Source: Armatimonadota bacterium
GTDB taxonomy: Bacteria > Sysuimicrobiota > Sysuimicrobiia > Sysuimicrobiales > Humicultoraceae
NCBI GenBank assembly: GCA_037443565.1
Contig: JBBIOB010000010.1
Coordinates: 1,329-65,328 of the forward strand
DNA length: 64,000 nt
Direction: 5' to 3'
Positions 39,461 through 48,266 of this stretch are shown piece after piece (positions within the stretch are counted from its first letter, which is position 1; every line of letters begins with the position of its first letter). A program made the position numbers and the translations under genes. Under the pieces are notes generated by a model that saw nothing but the letters and a program-made list of their open reading frames with translations, had not been told where the DNA came from and did no database searches.

Positions 39461-39550
39461 TCTGCCACCCCCTCCACTCATCTACGCAGTAGTGTACGCA
39501 TTCCGGCCCTGCCTCGCTACGCAGTCCACAAGCTCACCACGCCTGCCGGA

Positions 39551-40321
39551 TCAACGCACCAGGTGCGAAAGGGTAAACAGTCCGTCCCGCCGATAAGGCT
39601 CCGCGAGCGCCGCGCGGGTCGAATGGCTCATCAGACCGTGGTAGAGATGCAGGGCCTGGTCCATGCGGCGATGCACGGCCAGGCCGAGCGAGGCGTCGTC
39701 GGTGTCGGCGTCGAGGCCGGCGATCCCAGAGAGCACCGCCGCAGGCAGCCGTCGGCGCATCATCTGCGCGCTGAACGCGTGCTGGCTGCGCAGCTCTGCG
39801 AGCGCGCGTTCTTTGACGTCGATCACCTCGGTGATGTCGACCACGCAGTTCGGCCGATCGGGGGTCATGTAGTAGATTGTGGGGATGGGATGCGGGCGCA
39901 GCTCGGTCAACTGGTCGGGAGCGAAGTCGCGGCCGGCGAGCGCGATCGCCTCCAGGTACAGGATCATCGCCTGCCGCCGGTCGGGGTCGAGGTCGTGAAA
40001 CGAGTGCTCGGGGTCCTGCGTGATGACGATGTCGGGGCGGACCTCGCGGATCACCCCGACGAACCGCTTCTTTGCCTCGATGTCCGGAGTCACCGCTCCG
40101 AGCGCGAAGTCCATGAACTGGACCGTCGCGCCGAGGACCCCGGCTGCGCGGGCGATCTGCTCCCGGGCTTCGGGCCGGGCCAGCGTCACCGCCGCGTGGA
40201 CGCGGCCGCCGGCGCGCACGTGCAGGGCCACGGCGCCGCCGACTTCGACGATCTCCAGCCCGTACGTGGCGAGGACGAGCAGGGTGCCAGGTGGTGGGGT
40301 CGGCTCCACAGTCACCTCCAC
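39551..40321 (-). CDS. PIG-L/LmbE-like deacetylase family protein (divergent)
   Basis: Rossmann-like N-terminus (LLVLATYGLEIVEVGGAVA…), with overall length and pattern weakly LmbE-like. Its start abuts a CsoR-operator-like half-site. Confidence 0.35.
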   Translation of the reverse strand: MEVTVEPTPPPGTLLVLATYGLEIVEVGGAVALHVRAGGRVHAAVTLARPEAREQIARAAGVLGATVQFMDFALGAVTPDIEAKKRFVGVIREVRPDIVITQDPEHSFHDLDPDRRQAMILYLEAIALAGRDFAPDQLTELRPHPIPTIYYMTPDRPNCVVDITEVIDVKERALAELRSQHAFSAQMMRRRLPAAVLSGIAGLDADTDDASLGLAVHRRMDQALHLYHGLMSHSTRAALAEPYRRDGLFTLSHLVR

Positions 40322-40345
40322 GGGCGTTTATCCCCCCCGGGGGGT
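40322..40345. promoter_or_regulatory. CsoR-operator-like C7/G6 tract (imperfect palindrome) in the divergent region between the deacetylase-like gene and csoR
   Basis: TTTATCCCCCCCGGGGGGTTATG. The left half matches the 35270 palindrome (TATCCCCCC|GGGGGG); the right flank has diverged. Confidence 0.35.
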
Positions 40346-40423
40346 TATGTCTTCGACACCGTAGCACGGCCCTGGTAGCCCGTCAAGGCGCGGTGCTATA
40401 CTGCCGGATGCGGCGACGCGCAG

Positions 40424-40711
40424 ATGCCGCGCGGAGGGGATCACGTGCCTCACACGAAGACCAAGCAGGTCATCAACCGCCTGGCCCGCGTGGAGGGCCA
40501 CGTGCGCAGCATCCGCGGCATGGTGGCCGACGGCCGCGCGTGTCCTGAGGTGCTCATCCAGATCGCGGCCGCGCGCAGCGCGCTCGACCAGGCCGCCCGC
40601 GTCCTGCTCGAAGATCACCTGGAACACTGCGTGGTCGAGGCCAAGACCAAAGGCAACGTGGCCTCTGCGGTCGCTGAGTTGAAGGAAGCCCTGGATCGGT
40701 TCATCGGCTGA
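40424..40711 (+). CDS. csoR: CsoR/RcnR-family metal-sensing transcriptional repressor (copper-sensitive operon repressor type)
   Basis: DUF156 fold with Cu(I)-ligand pattern Cys…His-x3-Cys (RACPEV … DHLEHC). Confidence 0.75.
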   Translation: MPRGGDHVPHTKTKQVINRLARVEGHVRSIRGMVADGRACPEVLIQIAAARSALDQAARVLLEDHLEHCVVEAKTKGNVASAVAELKEALDRFIG

Positions 40712-40713
40712 GG

Positions 40714-41502
40714 TCACTCGACCCAGCGGGTCTTCTGCGCCGGGGGAATGCGGCGCCGCTGGGGAACGTGATCGGGATATCCCACGTAGATCGCCCCGGC
40801 GATCCGCCGGTCCGGCGGGATACCGAGAAACTCCAGCAACGGCGCAGACCGGATCAGACCGCCCGTCCGCAGATAGGTCCCCACGCCCAGCCCCGTGGCA
40901 ATCAGGAGCATGTTCTGGATGGCGCACATCGTCGCGCCGAAGTCATCGTCCCTGAGGTCCGGATCTTCGGGCGCGGTGGTCGTGATGACAATGATCGCCG
41001 ACGCCGCCATGGCGTCGGCATAGACCTTATTCAGCACCCGCGCCGCCGCGGGCCCTGACGGATCCGGCAGCAGCGTGCGACGGAACTCACTGCGGATCTC
41101 GGCGAAGCGCTGCTTCCCCTGGCCGGTCAGCACGATGAACTCCCAGGGCTGCGTCAGGTGGTGGTTGGGTGCCCACACCGCCGCCTCCAGCATGCGCTCG
41201 ATGATCTCGCGCGGGACCGGGTCGGGCCGAAACCGCGTCACGCTGCGGCGAAGGCGGATTGCGGCGTCGACCGGCATGGTGATGGCCGCGCCGGTGGGCG
41301 CGTCTGCAACGGGCGCGTCCGGAGAGGCCACGCCGCCCACCGGCGTGCCCGCGCGAGACGCGTAGGCCTCGGGGTCAGCCTCGAAGGCCGTCTTGCAGCC
41401 CAGCGCGCAGAAGTAGTAGGTCCGGCCGTTGTAGACGCTGGTCGCGGCCGCAGCGTCTTCCTCGACTTCCATCTGGCAGACCGGATCGATCGCGATACCC
41501 AT
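40714..41502 (-). CDS. YHS-domain/nitroreductase fusion protein
   Basis: N-terminal YHS metal-binding domain (DPVCQMEV…YNGRTYYFCALGCKTAF) fused to a nitroreductase-family domain (…NHHLTQPWEFIVL…). Confidence 0.7.
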   Translation of the reverse strand: MGIAIDPVCQMEVEEDAAAATSVYNGRTYYFCALGCKTAFEADPEAYASRAGTPVGGVASPDAPVADAPTGAAITMPVDAAIRLRRSVTRFRPDPVPREIIERMLEAAVWAPNHHLTQPWEFIVLTGQGKQRFAEIRSEFRRTLLPDPSGPAAARVLNKVYADAMAASAIIVITTTAPEDPDLRDDDFGATMCAIQNMLLIATGLGVGTYLRTGGLIRSAPLLEFLGIPPDRRIAGAIYVGYPDHVPQRRRIPPAQKTRWVE

Positions 41503-41508
41503 GGAGCG

Positions 41509-42126
41509 CTACCGGTTGTCTGCGACGAGGCGCAGAATCTCGACGATTTGCGGCGCGTGGGCGCCGAAGTTGATGTCCACGCGCTGCGCCCGGATGATCC
41601 CCTGCCGGTCCATGATCACAAAGCCCACGAGCCCCCGCATGGGGCGGCCTTCGGCCGGCAGGTCATACATGCGGGCCACAGTGTAGCCCGGATCGAGCAG
41701 GATCGGAATACTCAAGCCGGACGTCTGCCTGACCAATCGGTTGTTCTCCACCGTGTCCGGGTTGATCACATAGACGTCGGCCAGCGCACGAATCGCCGAC
41801 GCGTGCTTCTCCAGCTCGCCGAGCTGGACGACGCACGGCGGTCAGTAGTAGCCCATGTGCGAGATGACGACGAGCGGCCGGCCCGTGGCGCCCGGGGTCA
41901 CCCGGTGCTCGGCACCGTCACCGTCGCGCAGGACAAACGCGTGACCCTTCATGCCGAGCATCGTGTTCACGTCCACCGCGACCTCGGGCCCGCCGAGCGG
42001 CCCCGGGATCGCCGACGGGCGGGAGCGGGTGCTTTGAACCACATACCAGACGCCGACCAGCACGACCACGACGGCCGCGGCCACCATCCACCTGGCCCGG
42101 CTGTCTCCGACTCCGCGCACTCCCAT
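41509..42126 (-). CDS. Membrane-anchored thioredoxin-fold (TlpA/ResA-like redoxin) protein with an in-frame TGA at the first position of its CxxC motif; selenoprotein candidate (U-P-P-C), or else a nonsense pseudogene
   Basis: Two adjacent same-frame ORFs are separated only by TGA (41842..41844): …RPLVVISHMGYY[TGA]PPCVVQLGELEKHASAIRALADVYVINPD… A hairpin starts 13 nt downstream of the TGA (UCCAGCUC-ggc-GAGCUGGA). Confidence 0.5.
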
Positions 42127-42153
42127 CCCTCCTCAGGCTGTTCCGTGTGGATA

Positions 42154-44514
42154 CTACTCCGGCGGCTCTACCTGGATCGCCGTGTCGAAATCGAACAACC
42201 GGCCGGTCATATAGTGTTGCGGCGCCACCATCAGCAGCCGGTGGAGCCGCCGCGTGGCTTCGCCGATCCACCCTGCAAACGCGGCCTCGCCGTCCGGCGA
42301 CTCCCACATGATAACCCGGCACGCCTCGGCACCGCACGGCACGCGCCGGCCGCGTGCAACTCTGGCCGCGGCACGCAGATACTGCAGCGCGCCGTCGGCG
42401 GCGATGGGGCGCGACATCTCCGCCCGATGCCAGGGCCCGGTGCCCTCGCGCAGGTAGCGCGTGGCGCCGACGAACACCACCTCGACGCCGGTGGACGTCC
42501 GCGCGCGGATCCGATCGGGCCGGACGAGCTCGAGCGAGGTGACAACCAGGCCCCCGCTCCCGTCGCTGATCTGGTCTTCCTCGCGCCATGTCGCCGCGGC
42601 TGCCATCGCGGCCGCAGAAGCCTCCAGCAGCCCGCGCGCGGTTGCGTCCTCCGGCGCCGCGCCTGCCGGCCCCAGACGCAGCGGAAGGCGCGTCGAGGCA
42701 TCCAGCACGCCACGGCGTCGCAGGAGCACCTCGACCTCCCACCATCCCTCCGGCAGGACGACGCCCTCGACCGCGTACCGCCCGGCGCCGGTGCCCGCCG
42801 CGATGTGTGTCGCAGGCCCGAGCTCTTCATCGAGCTTCGTCACGCGCACGAGCACCCGGGCGTCCTCATCAGGCGGCGCGCCGTCTCCGGTCGTCACGGT
42901 GACCTCGAAGCGGTTGGGCCCGGGCCGCGCGGGCTCCACGTCGAGCGCAACCCGCACGTCCCCGTCGAGACCTGCGAGCCGGAGAGCCTGGGCCGCCGTC
43001 GAGGTTGCCAGGCTGACGCGCGCCGGCGGGGTGGCGGTCAGCAGCGCCACCACCACCAGGATGCCCGCGGCCACAGCCGCCTCCGCGCCGCCCAGCCCGA
43101 GGAACCGGCCGACCGGCGAGGCCGGGTCGGGAGCTGTTGGCCCACCGGCCAGGCGCGGCCGGATGAGGAAGCGGTTCACCGCGCCCAGCGCCACCAGCGG
43201 CACGACGAGGAGAAGCTTCACGCCGAGATAGCGGCCGTACGATGTGGCGGTGAAGGCGTCCAGGTGCGGCACGTGCAGCCACGCCGCGTAGACCCCGGTC
43301 GCGGCCATGACCGCGAGGCCCGCGGCCGCCACACCGGAGAAGCGGGGGACGAGTCTTGGGGCCAGGATCGCGCGATCCTCCCGCGGCGCGACAAGGCTGA
43401 CAAGCAGGCAGGCAAGCCCGCCGATCCACACGGCGGCCGCCAGGAGGTGGAGCCAGTCGGTCGCCGCCGCCAGCGGGCCGCTGCCCCACGCGTGGGAGTT
43501 GAGGGTGACCCCGAGCAGCAGCAGCCCGGCCGCCATCGGGCGGACGGCTGCGAGCTCCGGCAGCCTGATGTCCGGGATCTGCGGCAGGATGATCGCGAGC
43601 ATGAGGCTGACGATGCCGTAGACCGCCCCCACCAGCACCACGAGCGCCAGATGATCGCTGCCGGCCAGCGCGGCCGGGCCGCCGAACAGCATCACGATCC
43701 CCACGAGCAGCACGAACCACGAGAGCCCCGCGGCGCGAAGGAGCCGGCCCCAGGGCGCCGACGGCAGCAGCAACAGCGCCGCCATCGCGACGCGAATCAC
43801 GGCGGCCCACCCCGGGTTCGTCCCGGCCGCCATGACCCAGAGGTGGCCGCCGGCAACGACATCGCGCAGCGACGCTTCGGTGAGCGCAAGCACCCGCACG
43901 AGAATCTCGGCGGCGGCGGCGATCACGACCGCGGCCGCGGAGATCACCACGACCACCCGCAGGCGCGCCGCGGCGTCGAGGTCGAGCCGGAGCGCCTCGA
44001 TCGGATCCAGTCCGCGCAGACTGGGCTCGAGCACGAGCCAAGGGAACAGCACGGCTCCGACGAGCAGTGTCACAGCTACGAATCCGGCCCAACGGACGAC
44101 CGCGAGCAGCAGATCCGGGCCGGCCAGACCGCCGAACTGCTCGGGCGGCCGCGCGCCGAGGCCAACGGTGAAGGCGAAGACGCCGCTGGTCGTGTGGCCG
44201 TCCGTCGTGGACAGCGCTCGCCAGCGCACGGTGTAGAATCCGTGCGGCAGGTCCTCGAGCGGGACGATCATCGTCCGCCCATCGGCCGACACCGCCGGCG
44301 GACCCGAGACGCGGGCCCCGGCCGGGTCGGTGACCGTCGCGGTGCTGAACGACGCGTCGACGGACTCGTTGAACCGCAGCTCAACCTGCCGCGGCGCGCG
44401 GTCGAGCGCCGAATTGGCCGCGGGGACAGAGCGCTCGACCAGGCTGTGCGCGGCTGCGGGGACCGCCGCCGCCAGCCAGAGGCCCAGTGCGCACGCCAGC
44501 GCCCTGGCGCTCAC
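42154..44514 (-). CDS. Copper resistance CopC-CopD fusion protein (YcnJ-like), paralog 2
   Basis: CopC domain (HSLVERSVPAANSAL…FYTVRWRALSTTDGHTTSGVFAFTVG), CopD membrane domain, and a conserved C-terminal domain (…CRVIMWESPDGEAAFAGWIG…HRLLM). Confidence 0.75.
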   Translation of the reverse strand: MSARALACALGLWLAAAVPAAAHSLVERSVPAANSALDRAPRQVELRFNESVDASFSTATVTDPAGARVSGPPAVSADGRTMIVPLEDLPHGFYTVRWRALSTTDGHTTSGVFAFTVGLGARPPEQFGGLAGPDLLLAVVRWAGFVAVTLLVGAVLFPWLVLEPSLRGLDPIEALRLDLDAAARLRVVVVISAAAVVIAAAAEILVRVLALTEASLRDVVAGGHLWVMAAGTNPGWAAVIRVAMAALLLLPSAPWGRLLRAAGLSWFVLLVGIVMLFGGPAALAGSDHLALVVLVGAVYGIVSLMLAIILPQIPDIRLPELAAVRPMAAGLLLLGVTLNSHAWGSGPLAAATDWLHLLAAAVWIGGLACLLVSLVAPREDRAILAPRLVPRFSGVAAAGLAVMAATGVYAAWLHVPHLDAFTATSYGRYLGVKLLLVVPLVALGAVNRFLIRPRLAGGPTAPDPASPVGRFLGLGGAEAAVAAGILVVVALLTATPPARVSLATSTAAQALRLAGLDGDVRVALDVEPARPGPNRFEVTVTTGDGAPPDEDARVLVRVTKLDEELGPATHIAAGTGAGRYAVEGVVLPEGWWEVEVLLRRRGVLDASTRLPLRLGPAGAAPEDATARGLLEASAAAMAAAATWREEDQISDGSGGLVVTSLELVRPDRIRARTSTGVEVVFVGATRYLREGTGPWHRAEMSRPIAADGALQYLRAAARVARGRRVPCGAEACRVIMWESPDGEAAFAGWIGEATRRLHRLLMVAPQHYMTGRLFDFDTAIQVEPPE

Positions 44515-44918
44515 GGCGCCACGGTGAACCGAAACGTCCCCTGCGCGACGTACTGATCGTCAGCCGAGACGGCCTTCCACCTGACGGTGTAGGCGCCCGA
44601 GCCGATGGGGCGCAGCCGGGCCAGCATGGTCTTGCGGTCGAGATCGTCCAGGTCAACCCCGCCCTTGCCGTCGTCCACGCGGCGGCCGCGCTGATCGGTG
44701 ACCGCCAGCGTGCTGGTCTTGGGATCGAGTTCGTCGTCGAACACCACGCGGACGACGCGTGGCGGCGTCTTGACGGTGCTGCCCGGCGCCGGCTCGGCGC
44801 GCACAAGCTTCGCGTGCGCGGCGGCGTCGGGCACGCTGCCCAGAACGGCGGCCATGAGGCCCACTGCCAGGAGCAGCATACCCATCGACCCTGGCGCGCG
44901 TGGCGTGTGTCTCAGCAT
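44511..44918 (-). CDS. copC: Periplasmic copper-binding protein CopC
   Basis: Signal peptide followed by the CopC fold (HAKLVRAEPAPGSTV…AYTVRWKAVSADDQYVAQGTFRFTV). 4-nt overlap with the CopCD paralog-2 start. Confidence 0.7.
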   Translation of the reverse strand: MLRHTPRAPGSMGMLLLAVGLMAAVLGSVPDAAAHAKLVRAEPAPGSTVKTPPRVVRVVFDDELDPKTSTLAVTDQRGRRVDDGKGGVDLDDLDRKTMLARLRPIGSGAYTVRWKAVSADDQYVAQGTFRFTVAP

Positions 44919-45013
44919 GCTGGGCTCCGCTCCTACAAACGACGCTCCCGGTGGACGCGTTCCCGACCGCGTCTGGGGATCCTTGCGGTCCGATTCCGGC
45001 GAGGCGGGCGCGC

Positions 45014-46690
45014 TCAGCCGAACACCTCGAGGAGACGGCGGAGCCCCTCTCCCGTGTCCCTGCCCAAGACCACCCTGAGCGTTCGGCGGCCGCGCTGCTG
45101 AAGAGCCCGAAGGTCCCCCAGCGCCTGGGCCCGGAGCAGATCCGCGAAGGAGTAGTCTGTCTCCGGTACAGCCAGGGCATCGGCCGGATCGTCAACGAGC
45201 TGCAGGAACACGCCCGTATCGGGTCCGCCCTTGTGGAGCTGCCCCGTGGAGTGGAGGAACCTCGGCCCATAGCCCGCGGTCGTCGCCACCCGGAGGCGAT
45301 CACGGAGCCTCAGTCGGATGTCGGTCAGGACATTGGTGATCTCAGCCGCAGGCGCCAGGTAGGCCTGCAGGCCAATGTAGTCGCCGGTCCGGATGCGCGA
45401 GAGCCAGTCCCGGATGGTCTGCGCCGGCGCCGCGAATTGGTCCACCGCGAGAGCCGCAACTTCACCTGACGGCTGAGCACCCGTTGTCCCTTCCCCCATC
45501 ATCGCCTCGCGGGCCAGGTCCTTGGCGAGCTGGACGTCGGGCTGGTCGAACGGGTTGATGCCCAGCACCGCGCCCGCCGCGGCCGTGGCCACCTCCCAGC
45601 GAAAGAACTCCCCGCCGAGCGCGGATCGCTGCGGCACCCACATGTGGATGACCGGGTGTCCAGCGGCCTCGAGGGCGTCAACGCGGGCGTCCAGATCGCC
45701 CACCGCGTCATCGACCAGCCTGATGTACGCGAAGACGCGGTCCGTGGCGTAGGCCGTCGGCCCGGCGGCGGGCTCATCGCAGACCGGCACGATGCCCCGG
45801 CCGCCCTTGCCCGTGCTCTCGGCGACGAGTTGCTCGATCCAGGCCGGCAGCGACGCCAGCGAGGGCGAGGCGAAGATCGTAAGCTTGTCGCGGCCGGCCA
45901 GCGCGAGCTCACCGAGCGCGGCGCCAAGCGCCAGGCCAGGGTTCTCGTGCGCCGGGACTGACGCGGCGCAGGCATCGGCCATCATCTGACCCCAGCGCAC
46001 GAGCCCCTCGATGTCGCTGCCGATCAGCGCGGCGGGCGCCAGCCCGAACACCGACAGCGCGGAGTACCGGCCGCCGACTTCGGGCGGGGCGAGGAAGGTG
46101 CGTCGGAATCCCCGCTCTCGCGCCTCGCGCGAGAGCGGGGTATTGGGATCGGTGATCGCCACGAAGTGGTCGCCAGGCCTGTCGGCCGCAGCAGCGGTCA
46201 CAGCCCAGAAGTATCTGAAGAACGACAGCGTCTCGGTCGTCGTGCCGGACTTGCTTGAAACAATGAAGAGCGTCCGCCGCACGTCGGTGCGCGCCTTGAC
46301 GGCGCGCACAGCATCGGGATGCGTGCTGTCGAGCACGATCAGCTCGGGCCATCCCGCGGCGTGGCCGAAGGTGGACTGCACCACCTCTGGCGCGAGGCTG
46401 GATCCTCCCATGCCCAGCAGCACGACGTGCTGCACGCCTTCGGCGCGCATCTCATCGGCGAAGGCGGCCAGCGTCTCGAGATCCGCAGTCATCGCCCCCG
46501 GCAGCTCAAGCCAGCCCAGCCGGTCTGCGAGCTCAGGAAGCGGCTGTGGCGACCAGAGCGTGAAGTCCCTCTCCCACAGGCGGCGGCCGAATGCGGTGCG
46601 CTCCCACTCGGCCAGCCTGGCCTCCACGCGCGCGGCGCCTTCGGTGTGCAGTGACAGCGACTGACCGGCGGGCGGCAACAGCGAGCTCAT
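45014..46690 (-). CDS. pgi: Glucose-6-phosphate isomerase (bifunctional-type PGI)
   Basis: PGI signature (FIVSSKSGTTTETL) and SIS domains. Likely start is MSSLLPP near 46690. Confidence 0.8.
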   Translation of the reverse strand: MSSLLPPAGQSLSLHTEGAARVEARLAEWERTAFGRRLWERDFTLWSPQPLPELADRLGWLELPGAMTADLETLAAFADEMRAEGVQHVVLLGMGGSSLAPEVVQSTFGHAAGWPELIVLDSTHPDAVRAVKARTDVRRTLFIVSSKSGTTTETLSFFRYFWAVTAAAADRPGDHFVAITDPNTPLSREARERGFRRTFLAPPEVGGRYSALSVFGLAPAALIGSDIEGLVRWGQMMADACAASVPAHENPGLALGAALGELALAGRDKLTIFASPSLASLPAWIEQLVAESTGKGGRGIVPVCDEPAAGPTAYATDRVFAYIRLVDDAVGDLDARVDALEAAGHPVIHMWVPQRSALGGEFFRWEVATAAAGAVLGINPFDQPDVQLAKDLAREAMMGEGTTGAQPSGEVAALAVDQFAAPAQTIRDWLSRIRTGDYIGLQAYLAPAAEITNVLTDIRLRLRDRLRVATTAGYGPRFLHSTGQLHKGGPDTGVFLQLVDDPADALAVPETDYSFADLLRAQALGDLRALQQRGRRTLRVVLGRDTGEGLRRLLEVFG

Positions 46691-47631
46691 CGGTGTGGTC
46701 TCCTCTCCAGCGGGCCGCAGCGAGTGCACGACGGCTCGCAGGGCTCCACGTGGATCGTGACGTCGGTCCCGGGCAGGACCTCTTCGATGTGGCGCTCGAG
46801 ATCATCGGTCAGCGCGTGGGATTCGCCGACCGTCAGTATCCGGTGCACCACCAGGTGCAGGTCGAGGAAGCGATCGGCCCCGGCCTGACGCGTGCGCATC
46901 GCGTGGTAGTCGACGATCTCGTCCCGGTGCGCGTCCAGGATCGCCTGGATGTTCGCGACGTCGCCGCGCGGCAGCCGCGCATCCATCAGGCCGCCGATCG
47001 ACCGGCGGTAGAGTCCCACCCCCATCCACAGGATGTTGGCGCCCACCAGGATGGCCGCGATCGAGTCCAGCGGTGTCCACCCCGTCGCTGCGACGAGCCC
47101 TACGCCCAGGAGCACCCCGACCGTCGTGAGCACGTCGGACAGCAGGTGCCTGGCCGAGGCCTCCAGCGCGATCGAGCGCTCGGCGCGCGAGATGCGCAGC
47201 AGCACCGCGGCGACGACCAGGTTGGCCAGGCCCGCCGCCGCGAGCAGCGCCAGCCCGAGCGGCAGGTGCTGGAGCGGCTGCGGGTGGATGAGCCGGTTGA
47301 CCGCGACCGCGCCGATCACGATCCCCGCGATGCCGATCATGGCGGCCTCGGTGGCGCTGCTGACGTACTCGGCCTTGGCATGGCCGTATGGATGACGGTC
47401 GTCGGGCGGGCGCGTCGCGACGATCAGGCTGATCAGCGCGATGTTCGCGGCCACCACGTTGACCAGCGACTCGGCGGCGTCGGAGAGAAACGCCACCGAG
47501 CCGGTCACCAGGTAGGCCGCGAGTTTGGTGAGCAGGATGGCCAGGCCGGCGACCAGCGAGATCACGCCAGCCCGGACCTTGAGCGGAGTCGCGGCGGCAG
47601 GCGTCTGCGTGGTCTCCGAGGTCTGTGGCAC
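46687..47631 (-). CDS. Cation diffusion facilitator (CDF) family metal efflux transporter
   Basis: Six-TM CDF core (…LSDAAESLVNVV…HAKAEYVSS…) and a C-terminal cytoplasmic domain. Confidence 0.8.
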   Translation of the reverse strand: MPQTSETTQTPAAATPLKVRAGVISLVAGLAILLTKLAAYLVTGSVAFLSDAAESLVNVVAANIALISLIVATRPPDDRHPYGHAKAEYVSSATEAAMIGIAGIVIGAVAVNRLIHPQPLQHLPLGLALLAAAGLANLVVAAVLLRISRAERSIALEASARHLLSDVLTTVGVLLGVGLVAATGWTPLDSIAAILVGANILWMGVGLYRRSIGGLMDARLPRGDVANIQAILDAHRDEIVDYHAMRTRQAGADRFLDLHLVVHRILTVGESHALTDDLERHIEEVLPGTDVTIHVEPCEPSCTRCGPLERRPHR

Positions 47632-47720
47632 TCCCTCATCTTACGGCGCGGGAGCGGCGCGGGCCAGCGCGTCGAATCATGTTTCTGTAGTGTGATGTCT
47701 CTCCAAACAGGAGGACTCGG

Positions 47721-48230
47721 ATGGCGCATGTGCCGTTCAGGCTGGCGGACGTCTTCGCGGAGCGGCCGCTGGCCGGGAATCAGCTGTGCGTGGTCCCGGA
47801 TCCGGGCCCGCTCGATGCGGCGACCATGCAGGCGCTGGCGCGCGAGATCGGGTTTTCGGAGACGACGTTCGTCACCGAGACCGGCGCGGACCGCTATCGC
47901 ATGCGGATCTTCACGCCCGATTCGGAGCTGCCCTTCGCCGGACACCCGACGCTGGGCACGGCGTTCGTGCTCGCGGCTGAGGGTCGGACCAGAACACGCG
48001 TCACGCAGGAGACCGCCGGCGGCACCGTGGAGGTGGACGTGGACCTGGCCGGTCACTTCGCCCGGATGCGCCAGATGGCGCCGTCGTGGGGCGACGAGGT
48101 CGGCGATCGCGCCACGCGGCAACACCTGGCAGGTACTCGTTGGCGGCGGGGTCTACGTGGTCGGCGAGGGGATGTTCCGGCTGGACGCCGCGGCGCGCCG
48201 GAGGGAACCCCGCGGACCACCGCGAAGCCC
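47721..48230 (+). pseudogene. PhzF-family isomerase remnant (N-terminal half intact, C-terminal part in a different frame and shortened)
   Basis: FRLADVFAERPLAGNQLCVVPD…GFSETTFV…IFTPDSELPFAGHPTLGTAFVL is a PhzF N-domain. A C-terminal motif (TWQVLVGGGVYVVGEGMFRL) appears in another frame after ~48110. Confidence 0.3.
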
Positions 48231-48266
48231 AGCACTCGATCACGGTGACGAGAGGCGGTCGGCCAG

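Noticed and set aside
41158-44556. 1132-aa plus-strand ORF
   Set aside because: It is antisense to the CopCD paralog 2, the redoxin and the nitroreductase genes, which have clear family signatures. Its Arg/Gly/Pro-rich composition is typical of spurious long ORFs in ~70% GC DNA.
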